DNA of 64,000 nucleotides from an uncultured Chthonomonadaceae bacterium (lineage in GTDB: Bacteria > Armatimonadota > Chthonomonadetes > Chthonomonadales > Chthonomonadaceae). Of the stretch, positions 10,607 to 20,935 are shown piece by piece (positions within the stretch are counted from its first letter, which is position 1; the number at the start of each line of letters is the position of its first letter). Below the pieces are notes generated by a model that saw only the letters and a list, made by a program, of their open reading frames with translations, was not told the origin of the DNA and did no database searches. The translations under genes and the position numbers were made by a program. The DNA lies in assembly GCA_963817895.1 (NCBI GenBank), contig CAWFQB010000003.1, forward strand, positions 32,001-96,000, in the 5' to 3' direction.

Positions 10607-12208
10607 TTAATGACCGTAGGAGGGAATTCCAATTCCCGGTAACGTTTCCCCGATTGCTTCTGTGACAATTTTACCTTCGCGCCGATCCAGCAGGGACGCG
10701 GGCAGATAGGCCATGATTGCCAGCGCGGGTACGCTCAACCCCGCGCTCAAGCCCACAACCTGCGCGAAATGCCAGTGCAGGGACACGTTCAGCCACGAGC
10801 CGAACACATTGGACAGGCGGCTTGCCAGCATGAATACGCTTGTCAGCAGGGCGTAGCCCATCATGGCCTGTCCGCGTGGAATCGCCCGTATGGCGAGATC
10901 GAACAGCATGGCGAACACAAGCGCGGACAGCAGGCCATTCGCGCCCTCGATGCAAACAGCGGTCAGTGGAGAACGATAGCCTAAGTACAACAGAGTTCCC
11001 AGCGCGTTGCAGGCGATACCAGCGGTCAGCAGGGTTTGCAGCGTCACGCGCCGACACAGATACAGATACCCGCCCACTCCCACCAGGCCACACGCCCCGC
11101 CCACAAACGCCAGCCCGTACTTAACGCCCTCCCCAAAGTGCAGCCGCAAATTCTCCTGATCCTGCAAAGCGGAAAAGTTGGGAGCCATGTACACCAGCGC
11201 AGCTATCGCCATGACCCCCATCATGTTTCGATTGACGATTGGCGATGTTCGATTTTCAATTGGGGATTGCCCGTCAAGCGTAAGCGCCGCGTAGAAAGGA
11301 GGATTGAAGGAGGGCGCAGCAAGCAACGCCCCTACGCTTTTTCCTTTTTCCTTTTTCCTTTTTCCTTGAAGTAACGCTCCGCATAGAACGGCGAAGACTG
11401 CCAGAATCAGGGCGCAGAGGGGGGCTGTGAAGTGCAGCGTTTGTGAGCCGAGCAGACTGGCCGCGCCTGCGCCGGTCAGTCGCGCCAGAAAAATACCGCC
11501 CGCGTGGAACGCGCCCAATCGTCCGGTCGCGCCCATCTGCTGCCCCTGCTCGACAAGAATGCCGCCCATCACTGTGCTTGCCAATGCCAGCATCGCGCCC
11601 ACACTAATTAGCAGCAGGGCAAACATCAGGGGGGAATGGGTAAGTCCTGCCAGCAGCCACAATCCCGCCGCGCCAAACGCGCTGCCCATCAGCCAATTCC
11701 GCCTTGACGCTGCAGGAGTGGAAACGCGCCCTATCAGCAATGCCCACAGCGGTTTGACAAACCAGAACCCGCTCAACGCCAGCCACAGCAGCGCGGTTTG
11801 CAGGGCGTTGGCGTTGCCATTGCCGAACCACAGATGTTCTACAGCAAGGGGCGCGATCACGTCCGGTTGCGTCAGCGTCGTCACGAACAGGATCAGGCCA
11901 ATCAGCAGTAAAAGTTGGCGCAGTGCGGCTCTTATGCGGGCGCGATCTTCCGAAGCGAGCCGGGGCAAATCGGGCAGGCCAAGGGCAGACAATATCCCCG
12001 AAAGGCCCTTTTCTGACAGGGTTTCCGTTTGCAACTGCGCCAATCCGTTCGCGGCTCGCTGTTCCGCTCGAAAGTCTTTGCGGCAGTCCGCGCGCCACAT
12101 TCGCCGCCATCGGGCGGCAAGCGTATTGGCGGCCAGGGGGGAAGCGTCCTGCCTTTTGCGGTCAACAGCGTTGTCGCCGCGTGAATTGTTATGACGAGAG
12201 CCGCTCAT
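10607..12208 (-). CDS. MFS transporter (BT1/folate-biopterin-like) with N-terminal soluble extension
   Basis: About 12 hydrophobic segments, 'WFVKPLWALL', 'VMGGILVEQGQQMGATGRL', 'FDLAIRAIPRG'. ATG 12208 overlaps the sigma-factor stop (ATGA). Confidence 0.75.
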   Translation of the reverse strand: MSGSRHNNSRGDNAVDRKRQDASPLAANTLAARWRRMWRADCRKDFRAEQRAANGLAQLQTETLSEKGLSGILSALGLPDLPRLASEDRARIRAALRQLLLLIGLILFVTTLTQPDVIAPLAVEHLWFGNGNANALQTALLWLALSGFWFVKPLWALLIGRVSTPAASRRNWLMGSAFGAAGLWLLAGLTHSPLMFALLLISVGAMLALASTVMGGILVEQGQQMGATGRLGAFHAGGIFLARLTGAGAASLLGSQTLHFTAPLCALILAVFAVLCGALLQGKRKKEKGKSVGALLAAPSFNPPFYAALTLDGQSPIENRTSPIVNRNMMGVMAIAALVYMAPNFSALQDQENLRLHFGEGVKYGLAFVGGACGLVGVGGYLYLCRRVTLQTLLTAGIACNALGTLLYLGYRSPLTAVCIEGANGLLSALVFAMLFDLAIRAIPRGQAMMGYALLTSVFMLASRLSNVFGSWLNVSLHWHFAQVVGLSAGLSVPALAIMAYLPASLLDRREGKIVTEAIGETLPGIGIPSYGH

Positions 12209-12865
12209 TTCAAATTTCCTTTGAACCAGTGTTTTTTGACCGCGACATGCGCTGTCGCGGTTACGTTGCCCCTGCCGTTTGCGGCTGCCGGGGAAGAACA
12301 AAAATCTTTTTCAGGAAGGGCGGGTGTATCGTTTTGTGGCATCAGTTCGCGCAATTTCTGCCGCGCGAAATAGCAGCGCAACTCGACCGTGCCGACCGGA
12401 ACTTCCAGTATCTGCGCCACTTCCGGCGCGGTGAACTGCGACAGATAGCGCAGCATAAAGGTGTCGCGATGCTCTTCCGAGAGTTGCGCCAGCGCGTTTT
12501 GCAGCGCGATTCGATCTTCCACTCCGCGCATGGCATTGGGAGAAATGCCTACGACCAGAGCTGTCAATCGTTGCTTCCAGCGCTTCCAGACTGCAATGGG
12601 TTTTGTGGTCGCGCAGCCAGTGGGCAAACTCGCGCCGCATGATGGCGAACAGCCACGCCCGCACTGCGGAACGTTCTTCCAAGCGGGGTAGCGCGGGAAA
12701 CGCCCGAACCCACACGAGTTGGGTCAGGTCTTCCGCGTCCTCGCGGGACCCGGTCTTCCACCGCAGCCAGCAAAACAGCGCATTGCTGTGCCGCGCCACC
12801 AGCAGCGAAGCCGCGTATTTCTCCCCGCCAAGATAGCGTTCGATTAGTTCGGCATCCTCATTCAC
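12205..12865 (-). CDS. ECF RNA polymerase sigma-70 factor (frameshift near 12550)
   Basis: Region 2 'DAEDLTQLVWVRAF...RAWLFAIMRR' in ORF 12311..12865. Region 4 'ALAQLSEEHRDTFMLRY...EVAQILEVPVGTVELRCYFARQKLR' in ORF 12205..12627. Confidence 0.88.
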
Positions 12866-12973
12866 AGAAAACTCCGGTTCCGCCCTGCTGCAAAATCTCT
12901 TCCGTTGGTTCTTCTATACGTATAGAGCGCATTCAGCGTGATTTCCTTCATGCTGAAAACTATTTTTACGGAA

Positions 12974-13016
12974 GTTTCTACCCTCATCCGGGCTTCGCCC
13001 GGATGAGGGTAGAAAC
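12974..13016. repeat. Perfect 20-bp hairpin with 3-nt loop
   Basis: GTTTCTACCCTCATCCGGGC-TTC-GCCCGGATGAGGGTAGAAAC. Confidence 0.85.
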
Positions 13017-13167
13017 CTCTGTAAGTGCAGCACATTCTCTTTTGGAGTAGCTATTATCTGGCGAACAAATACATTTGTACAGCAAAAAACTGAGCGTTTT
13101 CCTGCAAAGGCGGCGCGGTATCGCATTGCGTTATTCTGCGCATGTGTGGGGAATGTTGCGGCCGCTC

Positions 13168-13196
13168 TTGACAAAGCGGAAAAGATGCGTTATACT
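13168..13196 (+). promoter_or_regulatory. Near-consensus sigma-70 promoter for the RHH-DUF47 pair
   Basis: TTGACA (13168-13173), 17-nt spacer, TATACT (13191-13196). Confidence 0.75.
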
Positions 13197-13313
13197 GCAA
13201 GCCAACGAAATGCAAAATAATACATTGGCTTGCACTGTCTTTCTATATAGCGCGATATTCCACCAACTATATAGCACAGGCGCAGGAAGCGATGAGAGAA
13301 GGCGTGCGATTTG

Positions 13314-13580
13314 ATGGCTGCTGCAAATGACGAGGAACGGGACAAGGGAAGCGCCAAAAAGAAAAAGGCGAAGTCCACGCCCAAAAAAGAACGCCAGATT
13401 TCCCTGCGGCTGACGCCCAAAGGCGCGAAACGCCTGAGCCAGCTTACGGAGAAAACCGAATGGTCGGTGACGCAGGTGATTGAGGAAGCCCTGAAGGTGT
13501 ACGCCGCGCATGAGAATATCCATGTAGACGACAAAATCGAGGGCGACAGCAACATTGAATTGAAAGCCGAATTGAAGTAA
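13314..13580 (+). CDS. Small ribbon-helix-helix (CopG-like) DNA-binding protein
   Basis: 'RQISLRLTPKGAKRLSQLTEKTEWSVTQVIEEALKVY' fits the strand-helix-helix pattern; basic N-terminus. Confidence 0.65.
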   Translation: MAAANDEERDKGSAKKKKAKSTPKKERQISLRLTPKGAKRLSQLTEKTEWSVTQVIEEALKVYAAHENIHVDDKIEGDSNIELKAELK

Positions 13581-13590
13581 AGGAACCACC

Positions 13591-14220
13591 ATGATACACT
13601 TTGGCCCTCGGCCCGATACATCCTTCTATGACGCGCTGGAAGCGCAGGCGCGAACGGCGCGGGACGCGGCGCAAACGTTTTATGCCCTGACGGTAGACCT
13701 GAGCCATGTCGCGCCCTATATGGAAAAACTGGAACGGCTGGAACAGGACGCGGACACGCTGCGCGAACATCTGGCGCACAAGGTCAACGCGCAATTCCTG
13801 ACGTGCCTGGATCGGGAAGACATGCAGACGCTGACCAACCATCTGGACGCGGTTGCTGCGGGCGTGAAAAACGCCGGTTCGCGCATCAGCCTGTACCGTT
13901 TGGCGCGTCCCCGCCCGGATTTAGAGTCGTTTTCTTGCCTTCTGGTCGCTATCACGCAGCAGACGCAGGAGATGGTGTGCCTGTTACGGCGCGGGTTTCG
14001 CGGCGCGGAACTTTGCGGCGTGATTGCGGGCATACACGCGCTGGAGCATCGCGCCGAACAGGTATTTGAACACGGCCTTGCCGCCATGTTTGTAGACGCC
14101 ACGCTCGACCACCGCCTGCTTGTGGCGTGGAAGGACGTGTACGAGCGCATGGAAACCGCCATTCGCGAGTGTGACCGTCTCGCCCGCTTCGTAGAGAGTC
14201 TTTCCGGCAAGTACGCTTAG
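13591..14220 (+). CDS. DUF47 family (PhoU-like) phosphate transport regulator
   Basis: 'LERLEQDAD...FLTCLDREDM..L...LD', 'IHALEHRA', 'WKDVYERMETAIRECD'. Confidence 0.85.
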   Translation: MIHFGPRPDTSFYDALEAQARTARDAAQTFYALTVDLSHVAPYMEKLERLEQDADTLREHLAHKVNAQFLTCLDREDMQTLTNHLDAVAAGVKNAGSRISLYRLARPRPDLESFSCLLVAITQQTQEMVCLLRRGFRGAELCGVIAGIHALEHRAEQVFEHGLAAMFVDATLDHRLLVAWKDVYERMETAIRECDRLARFVESLSGKYA

Positions 14221-14236
14221 AGCCTGTCCCAGGTAG

Positions 14237-14283
14237 CCCTCAACCCCTAACCCCTTCTCCCCAAAAAGCCTGGGAGAAGGGGA
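14237..14283. repeat. REP-like palindromic element (same family as 57138-57180)
   Basis: CCCTCAACCCCTAACCCCTTCTCCC...GGGAGAAGGGG directly after a stop codon. Confidence 0.7.
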
Positions 14284-14380
14284 ATTTACTGGTTAGGCTT
14301 TTAACCTCTGTTTGAAAGATAACAGAGGAACAACGCGGTAATCTCCCGAACTAAAGAGAAATTCTCAAAGGGGGAGGCGC

Positions 14381-15474
14381 ATGAGCGAGTTCAACGGTTT
14401 GGGCATGGGTCTGCACAACATTTCGCGGCTGTCGAAGGCGAAGACGCGATCCATCAGCGCGGAAAACTTTACGGGCGAAAAGGGCAAAGCGGGCATGGCG
14501 ACGGAGGGTACGGGCGCGAACGCGGCCCGCGAACTCGGTCAGGGCTGGAAAGTATCGCCCTCCATCCATATTCCGCCGCGCCAGACGGTGACACTGGCCG
14601 AAATCGAGGGGCCGGGAGCCATTCAGCACATCTGGAATACCTGCGCCCCCAACTGGTGGCGGCGGCTGATTTTGCGCGTGTACTGGGATGGGGAAGACAC
14701 GCCCTCCATTGAAACGCCGTTTGGCGATTTCTTCTGCAACGGCTGGTGCGAACGCTGCAACATCAACAGCCTGCCGATTGCCGTCAATCCCGCCGGGGCG
14801 TTCAACTCGTACTGGGAAATGCCGTTCCGCAAGTCCGCCCGCGTCACGCTGGAAAACCTCACGGACGAGGAGTGCAAGGGGTACTACTATCAGATTACTT
14901 ATGCCCTGACGGACGTGCCGGACGATGCCGCGTATCTTCCACGCGCAGTTTCGGCGCAGCAATCCCCTGCCATATGCCGAAGTTCACACGCTTTTGGACA
15001 ACGTTGTGGGACAGGGGCAGTATGTCGGAACCTATCTGGCGTGGCAGGTCAATAACACGGGCTGGTGGGGCGAGGGCGAAATCAAGTTCTTTCTGGACGG
15101 CGACGGCGAATTCCCGACCATATGCGGGTACGGGAACGGAAGACTACTTCGGCGGCGCGTGGAACTTTGAGCATCCGCAGGGGCAGTACGGCGTGTTTTC
15201 CACCGCGTTTTTAGGGATGCCGCAGGTTCTCATGGCGGGGCAGGCGGGCATGTACCGCAGTCAGCAGCGGCACGGCATGTATCGCTGGCACATTCCCGAT
15301 CCCATCCGCTTTGAGCAGGATTTGAAAGTGACCATTCAGGCGCTTGGCTGGCGCAGCGGCGGGCGCTACCTGCCGCTTCAGGACGACATCGCGAGTACCG
15401 CCTTCTGGTATCAGGCCGAGCCACACGCGCCCTTCCCCCAACTGCCGGATATAAACGGATTAGAAGTTATTTGA
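14381..15474 (+). CDS. Glycoside hydrolase family 172 / DUF2961 protein (two frameshifts, ~14935 and ~15125)
   Basis: TRSISAENFTGEKGKAG, GPGAIQHIW, YWDGEDTPS, NSYWEMPF, WWGEGEIKFFLDGD, GTGTEDYFGGAW, YRWHIPDPIRF spread over three frames. Confidence 0.88.
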
Positions 15475-15602
15475 GTTTAGCCGCAAACACGCGCGAATAC
15501 GCGCAAATCACCGAAGGCGCAGAGATTGAACAAATGTCTGCGTGATTTTGGCGTATACTGTAGCAGAATGTATCGGCAGTAGACAGCGCAGGAGAAATCA
15601 CG

Positions 15603-16409
15603 ATGGCAGCCATAGAAACCATAGAAGCGATTAGACAGCCGCGCCACGACAAACCGGTTCGCAAGCGCGCGGTCTACTATCCCACAGGAGACGGCAAGCC
15701 GATGGCGGAAGACAACTTGCACCGCAAGTTGATGGCTTATGGCTGTGACGCTCTGGAATTCCACTTTGCCGACCGCCCTGACGTGTATGTGGGCGGTAAC
15801 GACTTTGTGTACTACCATGAGGGCTTCCCGAAAGAGCGCGTGTCGCCCGATTGCTATGTGGCATTCGGCGTCGAACCCAAAGCGCGTCGCCACTTCTACA
15901 AAGTATGGGAGGAGAACCACATCCCGCCTGCCATTGTGTTTGAGTTCACGAGCAAAGCCACGCAGAAGGATGATATAGAAACCAAGCGGCCTTTGTATGA
16001 GCAGACCCTGCGCGTGGCCGAATACTTCCAGTTCGACCCCACGGGCGACTATCTGCATCCCCGGTTGCAGGGACAGCGTTTGCGGGAGGGACGCTATCAG
16101 AGTATCGAGCTGCGCGATAACCGTATGTGGAGTGAGCAGTTGCAGTTGGAACTGGTCGTTCAGAATGACAATCTGCGCTTCTACGATCCGGCAAGGGGAG
16201 AGTGGCTGCGCACCTACGAAGAAGCCGAAACACAGTGTCTTGCCGAAACGAAACGCGCCAATGCGGAAGCCCGACGCGCCAACAAGGAAGCGCAACGCGC
16301 GCAGGCCGCAGAGCAACGCGCTAATGCGGAGGCGCAACGCGCTCAAAATGCAGAAGCGGCGTTGGCGCAGGTACTCGCCGAGATGGAAGCCATGCGCCAA
16401 CAGAAATGA
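15603..16409 (+). CDS. Uma2 (DUF820) restriction-endonuclease-like protein with C-terminal coiled coil
   Basis: YPTGDGKPMAE, VSPDCYVAFG, FEFTSKAT, VAEYFQFDP, LRFYDP and AE/QR-rich tail. Confidence 0.88.
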   Translation: MAAIETIEAIRQPRHDKPVRKRAVYYPTGDGKPMAEDNLHRKLMAYGCDALEFHFADRPDVYVGGNDFVYYHEGFPKERVSPDCYVAFGVEPKARRHFYKVWEENHIPPAIVFEFTSKATQKDDIETKRPLYEQTLRVAEYFQFDPTGDYLHPRLQGQRLREGRYQSIELRDNRMWSEQLQLELVVQNDNLRFYDPARGEWLRTYEEAETQCLAETKRANAEARRANKEAQRAQAAEQRANAEAQRAQNAEAALAQVLAEMEAMRQQK

Positions 16410-16483
16410 TCTGTACAGAAAACGCTTGCTCACAAAAAGTTGGGGCAGCGTTGACGCTACATTCTACGGCAACAGGTAACAAC

Positions 16484-16524
16484 AATACAACCCGCGTCCA
16501 ATCAAATTGGACGCGGGTTGTATT
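16484..16524. terminator. Hairpin between convergent genes (probable bidirectional terminator)
   Basis: Perfect 19-bp stem AATACAACCCGCGTCCAAT / ATTGGACGCGGGTTGTATT. Confidence 0.7.
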
Positions 16525-16547
16525 CTCGTTGTGACGTTCGTAGACTT

Positions 16548-19500
16548 CTATGGCGAAGCGGATGTTTTCTCGCCGGGTACGGACTTGCCGCCGGGACGAA
16601 CCGCCGAAGAGCCGCCGTTCGGGTTCAGGTTGGCGGAAGAGACGGAACCGCTGCCGTCGCTTCCTCCTGCCGTCCTGTCAGGCGACCCGGCGGGCAGTTC
16701 TTTGAGCAGGGTTTGGACGGCGGTTTCTAATTGCCGATCCCGGTTTGCGGCGATGTCTTCGGGCCTATTTTCCACTGTGATATCCGGCGGAATACCGAGG
16801 TTCTCCATGTTCTTGCCGGTCAGGGTGTACCAGCCCCACATCGGCAGGCGATAGGTCGTGCCGTCCACCAATCGCCCGCTGTAGGTCCCGATCACGTAAC
16901 CGGGGGTAGAGACGCCGACGATTTTGCCTAGTTTCAAGTCGCGGAACCCGGCGGGAAAAATCTCTGCGTCGCTGTAGCTTTCCTGATTGATGAGCAGCAC
17001 GACGGACTTGGTGAACGCGCGGACAGGCTGCATCTGGCGCTGACCGTCGCGTGGCTGCGTGTAGCCGTAAACGTGCCGCGACAGGTCTTCCAGTATTTTG
17101 TCGTGCGTATTGCCGCCGCCGTTGCCTCGAATGTCCAGCACCAGCCCGTCTTTGTTCAGGGCGTCGCTGTACAGTTCGCGCTCGAATTTCGCCAGCGAGG
17201 GGCCGTCCATGTTGTGAATATGGATGTAGGCCAGCCGCCCGTTGGAGAGTTTGTCTACAAGCAGACGGTTGCGCTTGATGCGGGATTCGTACTCCAGATT
17301 CGTCCATTCGGCAGTGGAAATCGCCTTCATCTTAATGGTTCGCGCGCCCTCTTTAGTCGGTTTGCTGTTGACCAGCAAATCCACCACTTTGCCCGCCTTG
17401 TCATGCAGCAGGTCGTAGTAGTTCTCGTTCATGCCGACATCCGTACCGTTCACGCTCAGGATGTACTCGCCGGGAGAAACGCGGGTTGTCGGCAGATCGG
17501 CGGGACCTTTGGGCATCACGCCCGCCACTTTCAGGCCCAGTCCGGTATAGGTATCGTCGTAGAACACGCCCAACGTCGCGGCCTGCGGCCCACCAACCGT
17601 TGGCGCGGGGTTAATCTCCGAGTGGGACGAGTTTACTTCCCCGACCATTTCCGACAGCAGGTTGGCGAACTCTTCGGGCGTGCCAACGCCGGGAAGCAGG
17701 GCTTCGTATTTAGCGCGCAGGCTGGACCAGTTGACGCCGTGCATTTTGGCGTCGTAGAAGTCCGCGCCGAACTTGCGGTAGAACTCGTTGAACGCCTGCT
17801 GATACAGGGCGCGGCGGTCGAACAGCAGCTCCGCGCTGAACGGCACAACCTGCGGCGATTGGGGCGGGCCGGGCAGGTTGGCAAGCGAACGCGGCGTCCC
17901 GTTGATGCCTGTATAGAAGAAGCGCGACCCATCGGGTACGAATTCGATGTTGCCCCCGACTTCCGGGCCTGCTGTGAGCAGCGAGGGTGGCGTAGGTGGT
18001 GTGGATGACCCGCCCTTGATGCTCGCCGACACGAAACTACCGCCCGTTGAGATCACAACCCGCTGGCTATCGGGCGAGGGCGCGAAATCAAGAACCGGAC
18101 CATTGAATATGGCTTTGGCCCGTTCATGAATGTCCTCAAAATCTATCTTGACGTTTTTGCTGCGGTCTTCCGGCCTGGGCTTGGGCGCGGACTCATCTAC
18201 GGGCGCGTCATCCTCGCGCTCCAGCGGCAGGCGGTACAATCCGCCCCGGCTGGACACAAACAGCAGATTGCGTCCGTCTTTCGTAAAGCGGGGTTGAGCG
18301 TTTACGTCCGGGTAGCGCGTAACGTTGACGGCTGTGCCCCCGACTGCGGGAATGACCCATATATCCGTTGTAGTGAACCGATCCATGCGGGCAAAAGCGA
18401 CCCATCGGCTGTCGGGCGACCAGACATGGCTGGTGATGCCCTGCCCGAAGTTGTTGTTGCCATTGCCCGCTGCCAGCAGGCGCGGCTTATCGCCCCCGGA
18501 CGCGGACACGATGTACAAACCGGATTGAACACCAGCTTTTGCAAACGAAACCCATTTGCCATCGGGCGACCACTGCGGATTGGCTTCCGTGTCCGCGTCG
18601 TTGGTAAGGCGCGTGATGGCTTTGGTTTTCACGTCAATCGTGTACACGTCCGGCTGATTCTCCCGGTCGGACATAAAGACCAGTTTGGTTCCATCCGGCG
18701 ACCAGATGATGTCGTCGTCATTGGCGGGGTCATTGGTCAGGCGTTTGGCGTCGCCGCCCGCGATGGGCAGCAGCCAGATGTCGCCCTGAATTACCATTGC
18801 CAGTTGCTTGCCATCCGGCGCCAGTTCAACCTCGTTCGCGCCCGCGTTGACCACGCGCCGCTCCTGATTGTTCACCTTGTCGTCGGAATGGCAGATAATA
18901 GAGACTTTTTTCGCGTCACCGCCATCAGGACGGGCCACGTACAGGTCGCCATTGTAAAGGTAGGCGAGCGCGCTTCCGTTGCGGGCAATGGAGGGATAGC
19001 GCACGGCATCCGTCGTGTACTTTGTGACTGCAACCGGATTGCCGCCGTCGAACGGAACGCGGTACAGGTTGGGCGTGTTGCCGTTGCCGTAGATCATGGT
19101 GACGTACACGCTTTTACCGTCACCCGAATACAGGGGCCAGAACTGCTGCGTGTTGGTTTTGACGAGAGTTCGGACTTTGCCCGTATCCACGTCCTCAATC
19201 ACGGTGCTTGCGGCCACGCTGCCCCGATACCAGGGCCGCCACCAGGGCTGCCCCGCCCGCGAGTAGGCAATGGTTTTGCCGTCCGGCGACCAGGCCGCGT
19301 AGCGCAGGGGCGTCTCGTCATTGCTGACTTTTTTCACGGCAAGGGTTCGCAAATCCAGCGTGAACAGGGCAAAACTGCGCGTGTCGCGCACGGAATAGAA
19401 CAGCAGTTTTGTGCCGTCCGGCGACCAGTCCGTCACCCAATCGGCAGTGGCGTTGAACGTCACCTGACGGGCGGAGCCGCCCTCGGCGGGAACCAGAAAA

Positions 19501-19922
19501 ATGTCGGCGTTGCCCGTGCGGGTACTGGTGAACGCGATAAACTTGCCGTCCGGCGACCAGCGCGGGTAGGCATCGAGGGCTTCATGCACGGTCAGGCGAT
19601 TGGCGACCCCGCCTGATGTGGGAACCGTCCATAAATCGCCGAGATAGACAAAGCACAGGGTTTTGCCGTCCGGCGACAGCGCGGGCCAGTTCATGCCGCG
19701 TATGGGCTTGTTGTCGGGCAGGCGCAGCAGGCTTCCGGCATCCACACGGGCGGTCGAGGTAACGACCGGCGTGGTTGTCGGCGTGACGGGCGTGGTAGGC
19801 GGCGGGGCCGTTTGCGCTCCTAACGCGGTCGCCAATCCCAACGCCAGCAGCAGGCTGCCATTCAAATGAAAAAAGGCGGCGCGTTTTCCGGTTCGGAACG
19901 CCGCTGCGCGAACACGCTTCAT
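16548..19922 (-). CDS. Tricorn-like S41 peptidase (PD40 beta-propellers, PDZ, S41 domain), secreted
   Basis: Repeated WSPDG motifs, [14 protein letters not shown], catalytic-type [18 protein letters not shown]-terminal signal-like helix. Confidence 0.9.
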   Translation of the reverse strand: MKRVRAAAFRTGKRAAFFHLNGSLLLALGLATALGAQTAPPPTTPVTPTTTPVVTSTARVDAGSLLRLPDNKPIRGMNWPALSPDGKTLCFVYLGDLWTVPTSGGVANRLTVHEALDAYPRWSPDGKFIAFTSTRTGNADIFLVPAEGGSARQVTFNATADWVTDWSPDGTKLLFYSVRDTRSFALFTLDLRTLAVKKVSNDETPLRYAAWSPDGKTIAYSRAGQPWWRPWYRGSVAASTVIEDVDTGKVRTLVKTNTQQFWPLYSGDGKSVYVTMIYGNGNTPNLYRVPFDGGNPVAVTKYTTDAVRYPSIARNGSALAYLYNGDLYVARPDGGDAKKVSIICHSDDKVNNQERRVVNAGANEVELAPDGKQLAMVIQGDIWLLPIAGGDAKRLTNDPANDDDIIWSPDGTKLVFMSDRENQPDVYTIDVKTKAITRLTNDADTEANPQWSPDGKWVSFAKAGVQSGLYIVSASGGDKPRLLAAGNGNNNFGQGITSHVWSPDSRWVAFARMDRFTTTDIWVIPAVGGTAVNVTRYPDVNAQPRFTKDGRNLLFVSSRGGLYRLPLEREDDAPVDESAPKPRPEDRSKNVKIDFEDIHERAKAIFNGPVLDFAPSPDSQRVVISTGGSFVSASIKGGSSTPPTPPSLLTAGPEVGGNIEFVPDGSRFFYTGINGTPRSLANLPGPPQSPQVVPFSAELLFDRRALYQQAFNEFYRKFGADFYDAKMHGVNWSSLRAKYEALLPGVGTPEEFANLLSEMVGEVNSSHSEINPAPTVGGPQAATLGVFYDDTYTGLGLKVAGVMPKGPADLPTTRVSPGEYILSVNGTDVGMNENYYDLLHDKAGKVVDLLVNSKPTKEGARTIKMKAISTAEWTNLEYESRIKRNRLLVDKLSNGRLAYIHIHNMDGPSLAKFERELYSDALNKDGLVLDIRGNGGGNTHDKILEDLSRHVYGYTQPRDGQRQMQPVRAFTKSVVLLINQESYSDAEIFPAGFRDLKLGKIVGVSTPGYVIGTYSGRLVDGTTYRLPMWGWYTLTGKNMENLGIPPDITVENRPEDIAANRDRQLETAVQTLLKELPAGSPDRTAGGSDGSGSVSSANLNPNGGSSAVRPGGKSVPGEKTSASP

Positions 19923-20631
19923 ATTTATTTCTCCGGGGTTATCAACCAGAATAATCGAAAATAGCCGTGAAGAATCACTCGTCGCACAAACTATTCTATC
20001 ATACGCGCAAAGGGGTGTGCAGAGTTTTGCAAAGAGGATTTTCAAATTTGGGAGAAGGGGAACGATTGAAATAGCGTTAGGGAAATATGTAGAGACAGCG
20101 TCGAAATAGTGGCAATGCAGCGCTTCCAGCACAGTGTCTCGTTATGTCTAGTTTTTAAGAAGAGGCGTCGTGACCTCCGAGTGGTTAAGGCGGACGAGTA
20201 TATACAGGCATCATCTTGCACCTCCCTTCCGGGTTAGGTTGTTAGGTTGTTCGTTGTCCGGTTGTCAGGAACTCCGAACAGTCAACGGCCCGCCACCTGA
20301 CTGATTGGCAGACATCGCATGATTAATTTACATAAGCACACCTGAATAGAAGGTCGCTGCGGAAAAATTCGCAGGTTTTGCCTGCTCTGCCTTGTTTTGG
20401 TTCCTTTTTCGCCAGAGACTTATACTCGTCAGGAGGACTGGCGCAGGACGGGGCAGGGTGGTTCGTGGCTCTCATTGCGTAGAATGATGTGCCAATGCAC
20501 CTGGACGTTTCAGATTCTGGTACACTAAACAACAGAGGGAATTGCTATGAGGTTCATGGCAGAACAACGCAAAGTATTTGCCGCAGACGCCACGAGCGCG
20601 AAAAAACTCGGATAGGAAGGAGATAGAAGAT

Positions 20632-20826
20632 ATGGCAGAGAAGCAACGGTTGGTTAAGTTTTTTACATCGGTTCACGTACCTGATGCGGCTAAAATGCTT
20701 GATCTCGAACATCAAATCAACACATGGGTAACACAACAATCGAGCGTTATTATTGTACATACCTCCCTGACAATTACCGATAGATTTGATTTCTTTGCGC
20801 TTGTTACCTATTACATCCAAGATTGA
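20632..20826 (+). CDS. Small hypothetical protein (64 aa; loosely Cse60-like)
   Basis: AGGAAGGAG RBS; 'VKFFT...LEHQINTWV...ALVTY' pattern. Confidence 0.55.
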   Translation: MAEKQRLVKFFTSVHVPDAAKMLDLEHQINTWVTQQSSVIIVHTSLTITDRFDFFALVTYYIQD

Positions 20827-20935
20827 ACAGGAGAGAGCCGGAAACCGCCCCTGCCGTCGTACCCTACCCCCGCCCCCGTGATCCTGTTTCCGTCCACGCC
20901 TCCACTAATCTCCACTTGCAAAATGATGGTTTGAA

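Noticed and set aside
20166..20215. tRNA-like D-arm 'CCGAGTGGTTAAGGCG' on the plus strand
   Set aside because: No anticodon stem, TTCGA T-loop or acceptor stem could be built.
20400..20475. Hammerhead- or HDV-like ribozyme (minus strand CTGACGAG...CGAAA)
   Set aside because: Stem II and the other required helices do not pair convincingly.
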